64,000 bases of DNA. It comes from Octopus sinensis (taxonomy: Eukaryota). The translations under genes and the position numbers were made by a program. The stretch spans positions 67,146,001 through 67,210,000 of the forward strand of contig NC_043010.1 in NCBI RefSeq assembly GCF_006345805.1, given 5' to 3'. The notes under the pieces are model-generated. The model was given only the letters and a program-made list of their open reading frames with translations. It ran no database searches and had not been told where the DNA came from. Below are positions 24,560-36,479 of the stretch, in pieces (within the stretch, counting starts at the first letter, position 1; each line of letters opens with the position of its first letter).

Positions 24560-25070
24560 GCGGGGTGCAAAGAGCACCATCCGAGTGTGATCATTGACAG
24601 AGTGGCTAACCGGCTTCCGTGTCAGTGACACATAAAAGGCACCATTCAAGTATGATCATTACCAGCGTTGCCTTACTGGCACTTGTGCCTGTGCTAGTAG
24701 GGTGCCAAGAGCACCATCTGAGCGTGATCGTTGCCAGAGTGGCTAACTGGCTTCCATGCTGGTGGCACGTAAAAGGCACCATTCGAGCGTGATCATTACC
24801 AGCATCGCCTCACTGGCACCTGTGCCAGTGACATGTGTAAAAAGGTTCGAGCGTGGCCATTGCCAGTACCACCTGACTGGCCCCCGTGCCGGTGGCACAT
24901 AAAAAGCACCCACTACACTCTCGGAGTGGTTGGCATTAGGAAGGGCATCCAGCGGTAGAAACCCTTCCAGATCAAGATTGGAGCCTGGTGCGGCCGTCTG
25001 GTTCGCTAGCCCTCAGTCAAAATCATCCAACCCATGCTAGCATGGAAAGCGGACGTTAAACGGTGATGAT
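24560..25070 (+). mobile_element. Repeat family C (RTE-type 3' tail ending in (GAT)n, with internal ~55-70 bp sub-repeats)
   Basis: Core TAGGAAGGGCATCCAGCTGTAGAAAC...GGACGTTAAACGATGATG. Other copies ~7378-7620(-), 9740-10040, 10670-10815, 19180-19415, 20560-20927, 25700-26200(-), 35720-35865, 39690-39985, 41225-41395(-), 48950-49180, 62740-63040. Confidence 0.85.
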
Positions 25071-25195
25071 ATATATATATATATATATAATCCAAATTGA
25101 TGGAGTGGAACATGTAAAACCCAGGCTATATATGTTTAGTAGATAGCAGAACCTCCAATGTTATAATTATATAATGAGGGGTAGTCAGCTAGCAA

Positions 25196-25290
25196 CTCAT
25201 CAGACCGAAGATACCTTAATTATATTTTGTTTGGGATTACCAAATGACAACGTAACCTTCATATAATTAAGGTAACTTCAGTCTGATGAG
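25196..25290. repeat. Inverted repeat with ~30-bp arms in YKT6 intron 1
   Basis: CTCATCAGACCGAAGATACCTTAATTATAT / ATATAATTAAGGTAACTTCAGTCTGATGAG. Confidence 0.85.
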
Positions 25291-26297
25291 GATCTGTTAG
25301 CTAGGAAACAAATGCAGCCTGAACTTTACATGCTCCATTTCCTCATTTTAGATTTTTATTTGCATTCATAGTAACTAAAGTTGCTAACCGTGAGCTATGT
25401 ATAAATTTTTCCAGCCTATTGAATTTCAATATGGGAAAAACCCACAACCTTCTACGCCAATAAATTGTTCCTGAATGTTGTTTTTTTATACCTGCCATGG
25501 ACTGCTCAGAGCATCCTACACTTAGATCCTTGAATCCTACTATTACATATCAATATATATCATCATCATCATCATTGTCATTTAACATCCATTGTCCATG
25601 CTGGACGTTAAATAATGATGATATATATCAATATGTAATAACAAGATCCAAGGATCTAAGTGGAGGAAGCTTCCAGCAGTCCATTGTATATATATATTAT
25701 CGTCATCATCATCGTCGTTTAACATCCGCTTTCTAGGCTGGCATGGGTTGGCTGGTTTAACCAAGGACTGGCAAGCCAGAAGGCTGCACTAGGCTCCAAT
25801 CTGATCTGGATGCTCTTCCTAATGTCAACCACTCTGAGAGCTTAGTGGGTGCTTTTACGTGCCACTGGTATGAGGGCCAGTCAGGCTGTTTTGACAATGA
25901 CCATGCACAAAAGGTGTTTTTTACGTGCTACCTGCACGGGAGCCAGTCTGGCAGCGCTGGCAACGACCACACTCAAATGTTTTTTACGTGCCACTGGCAC
26001 ATGTGCCGGTAAGGTGACGCTGGCAACAATTACACTTGAATAGTGCTTTTTACATGCCACCGGCATGGGAGCCAATCCGTGACCCTGACAATGAACACAC
26101 TCGGATGTACTTTTAACGTTCCACTGGCACGAGTACCAATCAGGCAGTACTGTCATGGACCACATCAGCGATTTTGATTTCACTTGCCTCAGTAGGTCTT
26201 CACAAGCAAAATTTATTGTCCAATGAATGAGGAGTACTCATAAGTGGGCTGGTTACACCCTACGCTCGGATGTGTTTTTAACACAAGTATATATATA

Positions 26298-26374
<77 letters not shown>

Positions 26375-26514
26375 CTTTATTGCCCACAAGGGGCTAAACA
26401 TAGAGGGGACAAACAAGGACAGACAAAGGGATTAAATCGATTACATCAACCCCAGTGCGAAACTGGTACTTTATCGACCCCGAAAGGATGAAAGGTAAAG
26501 TCGACCTCAGCGGA

Positions 26515-26546
<32 letters not shown>

Positions 26547-26975
26547 TATATATATACATACATATATATGCACACATACATATACAATGTGTGTGTGTGT
26601 GTGTGTGTGCATGTATGTAAAAAAAAAAATCTATAAAATATTGTCAGCATGTATGAATTGACACACCATAGACCAATTGTTCAATACTTTATCTAAACAT
26701 TAGCTGAAACCTTTTCACACACACACACACAAAATTTTGAGTGAGTTAAGATAATAACATAGCTGCTGGTGCTGCTAGCTTCAAAGTTAAAAATTAGTCA
26801 CAGCACTGGTGAAGCTTTATAAATCTAAACTTAACAATAGTGGTATGACATCACGACTGTATAATTAGTAATATTAGAAGGGGGAAAACGAATGCATAAA
26901 ACAAAACAATCAACACCTCTGTCTAGGAAAAAAGATAAGAGATTAGAATGAAATATATGTAAGTAGGTTACTTAC

Positions 26976-27079
26976 GTTGATCGCTGGAAATAGCCGAAGG
27001 ATGACAGTTCATAACTACCCTTCAGTAGACGGGCTTTGGTCTCCCCTTTGTAGAGGATCGAGAGAGCGTAGACCTTCAT
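26976..27079 (-). CDS. YKT6: YKT6 coding exon 1 (104 nt; MKVYALSILYKGETKARLLKGSYELSSFGYFQRS-)
   Basis: ATG at 27079-27077 and GTAAGT donor at 26975. Translation matches the YKT6 longin N-terminus (human MKLYSLSVLYKGE...SSFSFFQRS, recalled). Phase 2 joins exon 2. Not in the ORF track. Confidence 0.95.
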
Positions 27080-27087
27080 TGTTGGAG

Positions 27088-27170
27088 CTGGAGACAGGAA
27101 GGGTGGAAGGTGCGAAGACGGAAGAGGGCACAGCTGGGTGCGGGCGGTAGTTTTTACAGAAAGGAACCAA
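27088..27170 (-). promoter_or_regulatory. YKT6 proximal promoter/5'UTR, or splice acceptor
   Basis: CpG-containing, pyrimidine-rich on the minus strand, with a GGGCGG box (~27143). It ends in CTCCAG 8 nt before the ATG. Confidence 0.4.
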
Positions 27171-27939
27171 CGATGGAATTTAGGATGTATTTATATAACG
27201 ACCACTAGTACAACAACAACAACAACAACGCTACACCCCAAACAGTGTGAGACACTGAAGATGGGGTGGGGGTAAATCTGTGTTGCTGCAATGTGGTTGA
27301 GTTGCTGTAAATGGGGTGGGCAAGGAATGGATTCAAGTAGCAAACCCACAATGCATCGGGAATTTTTGGAGGGTTTTCTCACTGCCTTTATTAGTGTTGT
27401 TGTTGTTGTTGTGAATGCTTCTATTGCCCTTCCTTGTGGTTTTTGTTTGGATTACGTTTGAACACAGGAGAAGTTTTTCACAATTAAGACCACAGCCAGA
27501 ATTATCTGAAATTGAAAAGAAAAACATAATGAAATAACTTAATTAATTATAAAGTCATAATTAGGTGCATAACAGGATGTGTGTGTCTTAATTGTTTCAC
27601 TCATTGGACTGTGGCCATGCTGGGGCACTGCCTTGAAGAGTTTAGCCAACCAACTCAGCCCCAATACTTACTATAAAGCCTGATATTCTGTTAGTCCCTT
27701 TTTGTTGAGCTGCTAAGTTATGGGGGACAAATACCAACAACAATTGTCAAGCAGTGGTGGGAGATAAACACAAAGACACACACACATTCTACTAAATCCA
27801 TTCACAAGGCTTTGGTCAGCCAGGACCTATAATAAAATACTTTTGTCAAAGGTGCCACAGACCAAAGTCCAGTATTTGTGGAGGATGAGCAAAGTCACAA
27901 AGTAGGAAAAAAGCAGATCATATTGCAGTGAATCTGGAA

Positions 27940-28802
27940 CAGTGGTTCTCAACCATTTTTTCTGCCTGTGAACCCCTTTGATTCCTATTCTGCTCTTTGA
28001 AAGGGCCATCCAGCTGTAAAAACCATGCCAAAAACAGACACAGAAGTCTGGTGTGTGTCTTTTATTTGTTTCACTCACTGGACTGTGGCCATGTTGGGGC
28101 ACTGCCTTGAAGAGTTTAGCCAACCAAGTCAACCCCAATACTTACTTTAAAACCTGAAACTTATTTTATCAGTCTCTTTTTGCTGAGCTGCTAAGTTATG
28201 GGGATATAATCCAACATCAATTGTCAAGCAGTGATGAGGGACAAACACAAACACTTTCTACCAAATCCATTCACAGGGTTTGGTTAGCCTGGTCAGCCTC
28301 AGTCAAACTGTCCAAGGTGGATGTTAAATGATGATGATGGACCCCCTTGGTCATTCAATGTTTAAAAAAGTCCCAATACATTTTTTTATAACTAAAATAT
28401 TAGGAATTGTATAAAAAAAAACTGAAATATTTTAGAAGCATAACCAATTTGGAGTAAAAATTGTTTGCCAACATAACATGGAAGTCCTGTTTTAGGATGA
28501 ATGTTGCTGTAATTTAGCCCCAGGAGACATTGTCTCCAGCTGGCTATACAACATGCTTTGTGTCCTTATATTTTCAAATGATGTCTCCTGGGGCTAAATT
28601 ACAGCCACATTCGTCCTAAAACAGGACTGCCATGTTATGTTGGCAAACAATCTTTACTCCAAAGCACTGTTGCTGAATATCTCTCATTGTGAGATTTAGA
28701 TATAGTAATTTTCTATTACCAATTTATTGGATGCAAATTTTAACAGCAAAACCATATGTGGTGGACTCACTAGGGCCATGTGGACCCCAGTTGAAACTAC
28801 TG
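27940..28802. mobile_element. hAT (Charlie-like) MITE with nested inserts; relatives ~10310-10568, 59410-59712, 60898-61539
   Basis: CAGTGGTTCTCAAC TIR and 8-bp TSD ATCTGGAA/ATCTAGAA (NTCTAGAN-type target). Confidence 0.8.
28448..28663. repeat. Fold-back element (~80-bp arms); single arm at ~31405-31472
   Basis: TTTGGAGTAAA...GGAGACAT / ATGTCTCC...TTTACTCCAAA. Confidence 0.85.
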
Positions 28803-29019
28803 ATCTAGAAGATGTTCAAAGACTGGACAGAAGACAAGTATGTTCCACTGGATGTGTAATTTCAGCAGAGAGGAACAGCAAAGTGTAAATGTGCCAAGAG
28901 AAAAGCTGAACAATGTGCAAAAGAGATCACTGCAATGATTTGGGGATGAGGTATATGAAGAATGTTGGGTGGGCAGAGTCTGTGGAAGAGTAAGGCTGAA
29001 GAAGATGTGGGTTAAAGAT

Positions 29020-29455
29020 GCCTGAGGCTTCCCTTCCCAGCTCAAGCCAATGGGGCTAGGCTGAGGAGAAGATAAAAGGCCTCACAGTATAACAGTTTCC
29101 TGTTCTATAGTGGTAGGCCCTTGATCTGGGATGTCACATGCTGTGACACCTCCAGGGGCAATTTGGTGTGTTCAGCTGCCAACCCAGGCTCTGCTGCACA
29201 TCAGACTGAGAAAGGCCAACTGTCAAAGTATTGGCCACTCTCTGACAGGTTTATGGTCAAGCCTGTAGCGGTGGGGATCAGTATTCTCAGTCTCTGGACC
29301 ACATTCCTGCTTATTGCTATCGGGGTGATGTCTACACACAAGTGCAAGCCTTGTGAGTTGGCGTGGCTGTTCTACTGGAGTTCCCTCGCCATCGTCCAGG
29401 ACAACACTTTTTCCATTTTGTCCACTGGGACCATGAGGGAGATTGACAAACCTTT
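29020..29455 (+). mobile_element. CRE-clade non-LTR retrotransposon, restriction-like endonuclease C-terminus (decayed)
   Basis: GFPSQLKPMGLG*GEDKRPH...RPLIWDVTCCDT...SAAHQTEKGQLSKY...KPVAV...SLAIVQDNTFSILST aligns with the RPDG...WDATCPDT...KY...PFAVET...SLAIQRGNA pattern. Confidence 0.75.
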
Positions 29456-29957
29456 TTAGATATTTCTTTGCTGTGAGGAAGAAATAAAGATATGATGATT
29501 CAGGTAAAGTACACCGCCAAACTTCAATATTACTTACCAAAACAATATAGAAACAGATAGAGGTAAGTGGTGGTCAGAGGATGCAGAACCTCACTGAGGA
29601 AGTAGAAGAGGACCATAACAAGTGGAAAGACAGTGTGGGAGCTGACCCTTCCAACCCATGCCAACATGGAAAAACAGACATAAAAATTATGAAAATGATA
29701 AATTGGAGGGTTGCCAATTTAACCCTTTAGTGTTTAAACCGGCTGTATCTGGTCCAAATATTCTACACATTTTATGCTCAAACTGGCCAGAACATGCATC
29801 TCACACCTACCCTGCAATGTCACTCTAAAAATAAGCAATTACATCTTTCCTATCTTGAAGCTACAAAATAATATCAGATAGTTTTTTTTAAATGCGAATA
29901 AATAAGGATTACTTTTGACAAATTAATCTGAACGCTAAAAGGTTAACCTGTATGAAT

Positions 29958-30221
29958 AGGCGGCGAGCTGGCAGAAACGTTAGCATTCCGGGCGAAATGC
30001 TTAGCGGTATTTCGTCTGCCGTTACGTTGTGAGTTCAAATTCCGCCGAGGTCGACTTTGCCTTTCATCCTTTCGGGGTCGATAAATTAAGTACCAGTTAC
30101 GAACTGGGGTTGATAAATTAAGTACCAGTTACGAACTGCAGTCGATGTAATCGACTTAATACCTATGTCTGTCCTTGTTTGTCCCGTCTGTGTTTAACAC
30201 CTTGTGGGTAGTAAAGAAATA
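29958..30221 (+). mobile_element. SINE A with 17-bp TSD
   Basis: GGTTAACCTGTATGAAT at 29941-57 and 30222-38. Confidence 0.9.
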
Positions 30222-31619
30222 GGTTAACCTGTATGAATCAGAAAGCAGGGGATCACAGAATCGGTAGAGCAAACAGACTGGACAAAATGTCTCTCAGAAT
30301 TTAGGCATGTCCCCTATGTCCCCTGTATCTTCTGAGTTCAATCTCAGTTGGGCTGACCATGTCTTTCAGCTTTCTTGGGTCAATAAAAGAAATACAATAA
30401 TACCAGTCAGGTAGTAGATATCGATTGTGCCCTCCCACACAGTTTGTGACATGGCATTAATATCAGAAATCAATACTGTACACTAATCAATATTACAACT
30501 TCAGCCACAAAGCAAGAAATTCTCCACATTTCATTAAATTGAGAAAATAGCAATGATAGGATTTGATAACAAATCATGAAGGAAGAAATAATTGTTTAAC
30601 CTCAGGTTTGCTCAGACTGTGTAGAGCTATGATCAAAGGCAGTCTGACCATGACAATCCAGTCTTATTTTTCTCAAAGTTGACCCTGGACTATACAATAT
30701 AATCTACCACAGGGTCCGGTCCTTGTTGTAGTGCGATAGCTCGCGTGCCTCAAGGACCCCAAGAAGTGTGACAGTGGAACACGCATTCCTAGTTGGGCCA
30801 CCCATGCTGAAAAGGTCAAAGGGTAGAGGCTAGACTAATACGGACCACATCAGCTCAGAGACACAAATGGGTTTGAATAGGGCCAACACCATTAAGTATC
30901 AAATAAGCAAAGTTTCAGAGGCATCAATGAGAATTCAAAACCAGCAAGACCTGGGAGAGGAAGGCCTTCCCTTGGAGGAAACATAAGCCCCCCCCCCACC
31001 TAAGAATCAAAACAGTAGAGAGAAGTCATTGAGGGCCAATGCTCCACAGAAAGCAAAGGGTTTAAGTAATATTATCCAATGGGTTCTTTTCTAGATGATA
31101 CAGTATAATTTGAGTGAGGTTTTGACAGCTATTTCCACTAGGTTAAGCAACTGCTTAAAGGCTCCCCTCATTGGATTGTGTGTCTATAGAATGTTCTGGA
31201 AACACTTAAAAGTTTATCGATGTAGGTTGAAGAAACAAGAGATTTTGTAATCATGACAACAGATATGCGTAACACATTGAAGAGAGAGAATGAAGATGTA
31301 CAGATTAAAGTTGAAATTTTATATAGAAGTGAAATGGCCATGTGCAAGTATTTCATAGGTTTTGAGTTCAAACACCAAGCTTTCTTAGAAAATTACAGTT
31401 TTTTAAATCTCACAACGAGAGATATTCAGCAACAGTACTTTGGAGTAAAGATTATTTACCAACATAACATGGCAGCACCACCTCTAGCTGAACAATCATT
31501 CTGTGCTGATGAAGGGAAATAGCCAGGAAATTGCGATACACAGATATTGTTTTGAGCTGAGTGGGGGTGCTAGATCCCCTCATTCAACAATATAAGAACA
31601 CAGATCGTGTCATATAGCC

Positions 31620-31790
31620 AGCTCTCCAACAGCTCTAACCACCAAAGCTTTCCTCACTCTATCCATCCACACAAATCGAGGCCTGCCTCTGGTTCTGCTG
31701 CCTACCACTGCAGCCTTCATCACCCTCCTTATCATCCGCTCCTCATCTGTTCTCTCCATGTGGCCAAACCACCTCAACATGTGTAAACTT
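31620..31790 (-). mobile_element. RTE LINE C-terminal fragment
   Basis: LRWFGHMERTDEERMIRRVMKAAVVGSRTRGRPRFVWMDRVRKAL. Confidence 0.8.
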
Positions 31791-33549
31791 TAAAAAACTG
31801 GGGTGTGATTTATACATGGGGTAAGCTTGAATATGAAGGGAAAAAAAATTTGGTACAAAAATTTAACACTAAATTAGGAGTGCAAACTTATACACAAGTA
31901 AATAGGGTAATTCACTGCTGTGTGATGTTAAATGAGGATATTCTGTAGGGGTAGGGTGTCATATATGGAGTGGAACAAAACACAGCAAATAGAGCAGAAC
32001 AAATACTGCAGCAGATGTCTTTATGGATGCCAATACCTCAAAATATCTAATATGGTTTCTCTCTTACCCATAGACACCCAAACACACTCACAAAACCACA
32101 AACATATGAACAGGAGCTCGTGCATAAAGCTTTGAGTAAGAACAACTTTGGTGTGATGTATATTGTGATACTCATGTCCTTGTAGTATAGGAACCGTCTA
32201 CATAGAAGGGCCACAGACGCCAGGATCCTGTGACAATCAAGACAAAAATCACAAGATTTGTAAAGAGCATCATCAATCTTATAGAGTCTGTTATATAGAA
32301 TGCTGGGTTGAAATTTAGAACTTAAAATATGTGGTTCCTACTTGTAAGATTTTGTGTACACACACCACACAAAAGAAAATAGGTCAAATCTTTAACAAAT
32401 TATATTTTTATTTTGAAACTTTCAAAATATACCCACCACCCCCCACCAAACTATATCAACCCAGCCAGCTTAACTCCCTTGTGCCTTCTTTCTTCCTCCA
32501 CTATGTACTTTACGGGGTGTAATGTCCCATAAAAAAATAGCAGACTTTGTCAAATCATGACTGTCAGTGGAAGTGGTAAGGAATAGTCTGTTTCTCATTA
32601 CTTTCTAAAGTGCATGTATATGCACACAAATACCACCACCTTCTAGCTACCCTTTAGTTTACTGAAATTCTACAACCAATTAAACTTCCCTAAAATACTG
32701 CTTCCTGCCACCCCCAACACCCCACAGACAGATTTACTGTTTCTGTTCAAATATCCTTACGTTCTCCTCCAGTGTGATCTTCATTACACAGGCAGAATCA
32801 CTTTAGTAGAGAGAGAGAAAGATGGTACTATAACCACTGTAAAAACAGTTTGTCTAAGAGCTTTAACAACTTATCAGTGATCAACAAGACTTGCATCCAG
32901 TCCTCATCAATATACTGTGCAATCTCCTAAGAATCGTAAAGCACTTTACAGTACCCGTTTCTTCCCTCGCACCTCTGAAGTTTGGAATTCCCTTCCACAG
33001 TCTTGTTTCCCCTCTTCAATATGACCTCCAGCCTCATTTATTGACTTCTGTCTAACGTTCATTTTATTCTAGCAGATCTTATGTTTTCAGTGGTCTAAGG
33101 ACCTTGTAATGAATGAATGCTTAAAAAAAAAAAAAAAGAGAAACAAAAAGCTTTAGTCAATCTGAAATCTAAGAGGCCAACATAGGACAAAGAGATGAAA
33201 GCAAAGTTGACCTCAGCAGGATCTCAACTCAAAAATGTAAACAGCTGGAAGAAATGCCACTGAGCATTTTGTCCAACATGTTAATGATTCTGTCAGCTCG
33301 CCACCAACACCTCATTCATACATACGCACACACACACACATATATATATATAGTCAACAGATGAGATCCAGAGATTCTAAATATAGAAAACACTTAGTAG
33401 CACTCAAATGATTCAAGCTTGGACTCCAATGTCTCTTCCTCTTATTTTGCATGTATACACATATACACATTTTGTCTATCAAGCCCAAGCTGTTATTTCT
33501 AATTTGTTTAGCCACATAATTGCCTCTATATAGTAGCTTTGGTGATGTT

Positions 33550-33593
<44 letters not shown>

Positions 33594-36262
33594 ATGTACA
33601 GCTTAGTGGTTAGGGTGTTGCACTCATGATTGAAAGATTGAGGTTTCAATTCCTGGACCAGGCGACGCATTGTGTTCTTGAGCAAAACACTTCATTTCAT
33701 GTTGCTCCAGTCTACTCAGCTGCAAATGAGCAACCCTGCAATAGCTGGGTAGTTAACCCCAAGATGGGCCCTGTGTCAAGTTTGGGGAGTGTTGTAATCT
33801 CAGCTACATACATGCCATGTATTGTGATGGACACACTTCACTGAAGATGCTGACCACTGAAGTCATTTCTCCTTCATCATCGACTAAGGTCAACCCATTG
33901 ATGCAAGCAAGCGTTTGGGGCCAATCAAATTAGAAAGCAAATGGTTCTATCACAAGCTGATGCACAGACAGACTTACAGTGAACAGACAAATGGAGAAGG
34001 TGTCAGGAAGGTCTCAGAGTTTTATGAATTTGAACCATCAGTGTTTTGGAATGGACATTCCTGACTACTATTGCACTGGAATTCAAAAATTATAATTAAA
34101 AAAAAAAAAAACTAGCCCAAACAATGGACTATTCAAAGCCGATGGTCAGTCCACATTACTCTGTAAGGACTATAGGGGGCCAGTTTTCTATTATATATAT
34201 TCCTCCATGGACAGTCACAGGGTTACTCATTTTTGCCAGCTGAGCAGACTGGAGCAACGTGAAATGAAGTGTTTTGCTCAAGAACATAATGCATCGGCTG
34301 GTCCAGGAACTGAAACCACAATCTTACAAACATGAGTCAAACACCCTAACCACTAAGCCATGCACCTCCACATTCAAAGCGGAAGCTATTATAAAAAACA
34401 AGAATATGTTTTTGCAGAGAGAGCTCCTCCACTAATAATTGTTGTGTTGCTTATGAAGTTTTGCATATTCCCCCACTTGACTCATTTCTCGTTTTTAAGA
34501 GCTGCTCCTTACAGTAAGATACAACAGAAACTGGGTTAAGTTCCATTATTGTGAATCTTAGGACTTGCGACAGACAATGTGCAATTAGGTTATGTTCTAC
34601 ATGTTTTGGATGGCTGGTAGGTTGACGAGGAAAGTCATTTAATGCTTTGTAAGTCACAGGAAGAGAGAGCAACCTCCTACCCCATGGTCTTTACTGGCCT
34701 TCCGAGACTGATGAGATTGACATGGTTAATATTCAGTTGGAATCTCTATAAAACAACATTCAAATGTCAATAAAAAACAGAAAAAGAAAAAAAAAGAGAA
34801 AAACCCCGCAAGGATGGCAGGAGTTCCAGTGAGTCACAATTCTATGAAAGGGCAACTGTGCAAAGTGCAGGATCTGCAAAGTATGATATTGTAGGAATGG
34901 TGAGCAAAGGACAAGCAGTGCATAGTTAAGGGGGAAGTGCTTAAATGAAATGGGTATGTAGATTGCTAGGACAGAAGACGACAGGCTGTACGATAGTAAA
35001 AAGGGATATAAATATATATGTGTGTGTGTATGTGTAATATAATTTTCTGAATCTTCAGATTTTTTCAATATGCTAGGCCAGTGGTTTAAATTGATATTAA
35101 TTCAACTAATATCAATTTTTACCCTTATTATTTAAATTTTATAAATATATATTGCATCATTCTGTTGTGTCTGGGGAGAGTCATTTTCTTTTTGTGCCTT
35201 ATAATATAACACACTCACCGGTAAAATTTCCACTTTTTTCTTATTTTTATTTTCCTAAAATTTTCGTTGCATCTTGCAAGAAAAAAAGTGGAAATTTTAT
35301 CAGTGAGTGTGTTAAATAATAAGGCACAAAAAGAAAATGACTCTCCCCAGACACAACAGAATATGCTTCAACACATGAACTCATATAAAGAATCTTGCAA
35401 ACCAAATCCAAAAACGAAATATTGCATCATTATCATCATTCACCATCCATGTTTCCCACATGGGTCAGATTTTACAAGGATCCAATGAATGAAGGATTTC
35501 ATCATAGTCCAGTGTCAGCTCTGGCATGGTTTCTACAGCTGGATGCTCTTACCATAACACCAATCACTTTACAGTGTGTATTGAGTGCTTTTTTTCGTGC
35601 CACCAGCAGTGTTGAGATCACCATGTAGCTCACAAATCAATAGGATGTTGCTTCTGTATGCTACATGGAAGTTAAGGTATGAGGGAAGAGGTTGATGTAG
35701 AGCAAGTTCTACCCGTAAAAAACACCATTTCGAGCGTGGCTGTTGCCAGTACCACCAAACTGGCAGATCAGATTGGAGCCTGACGCAGCCATCTGGTTCG
35801 CCAGTCCTCAGTCAAATTGTCCAACCCATGCTAGCATGGAAAGCAGACATTAAATGATGATGATGACGATGTGGCTGCTCTGAAAACACAGCAGCCAGAG
35901 TAAGGATAGGATGGGCTGGAAAAAGTTCAGGGAGTTACCATCACGGCTGGCAACAGAAGTCTTTAACTGCAATGCTGCATGGTAGCAAGACATGCTTAAA
36001 TATGGGAATGCATGTATACGTGTGTGTATATGTATGAGAACCCTGATCAATCAGTCCTCACCTCATGTTACCCTCTCTCCACACTATATCATCCACTGCA
36101 GCTCCCAACCACCCTGCCCCTATCCCATTCCAATACCACTTTCCCCTCTCACCACCCAGAACCATCTCACTTGTTAACCATTTTTCATCCAGTAATATTG
36201 TTCTCCACACCCACACATTACAGTGGCCACCCTGCTCCCTGTACCACCAAATTATCTCTCCT

Positions 36263-36310
<48 letters not shown>

Positions 36311-36435
36311 ATATATATATAGATATATACACACACAAGTGTGTGCATATGTATGTATATATGTGTGTATATGTATATATATATACACACACAAGTGTGT
36401 GCATATGTATGTATGTATATATGTGTGTATATGTA

Positions 36436-36479
<44 letters not shown>

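Noticed and set aside
25280-25312. CTGATGAG...GAAAC hammerhead
   Set aside because: No stem II, stem III or UH triplet. The CTGATGAG is part of an inverted-repeat arm.
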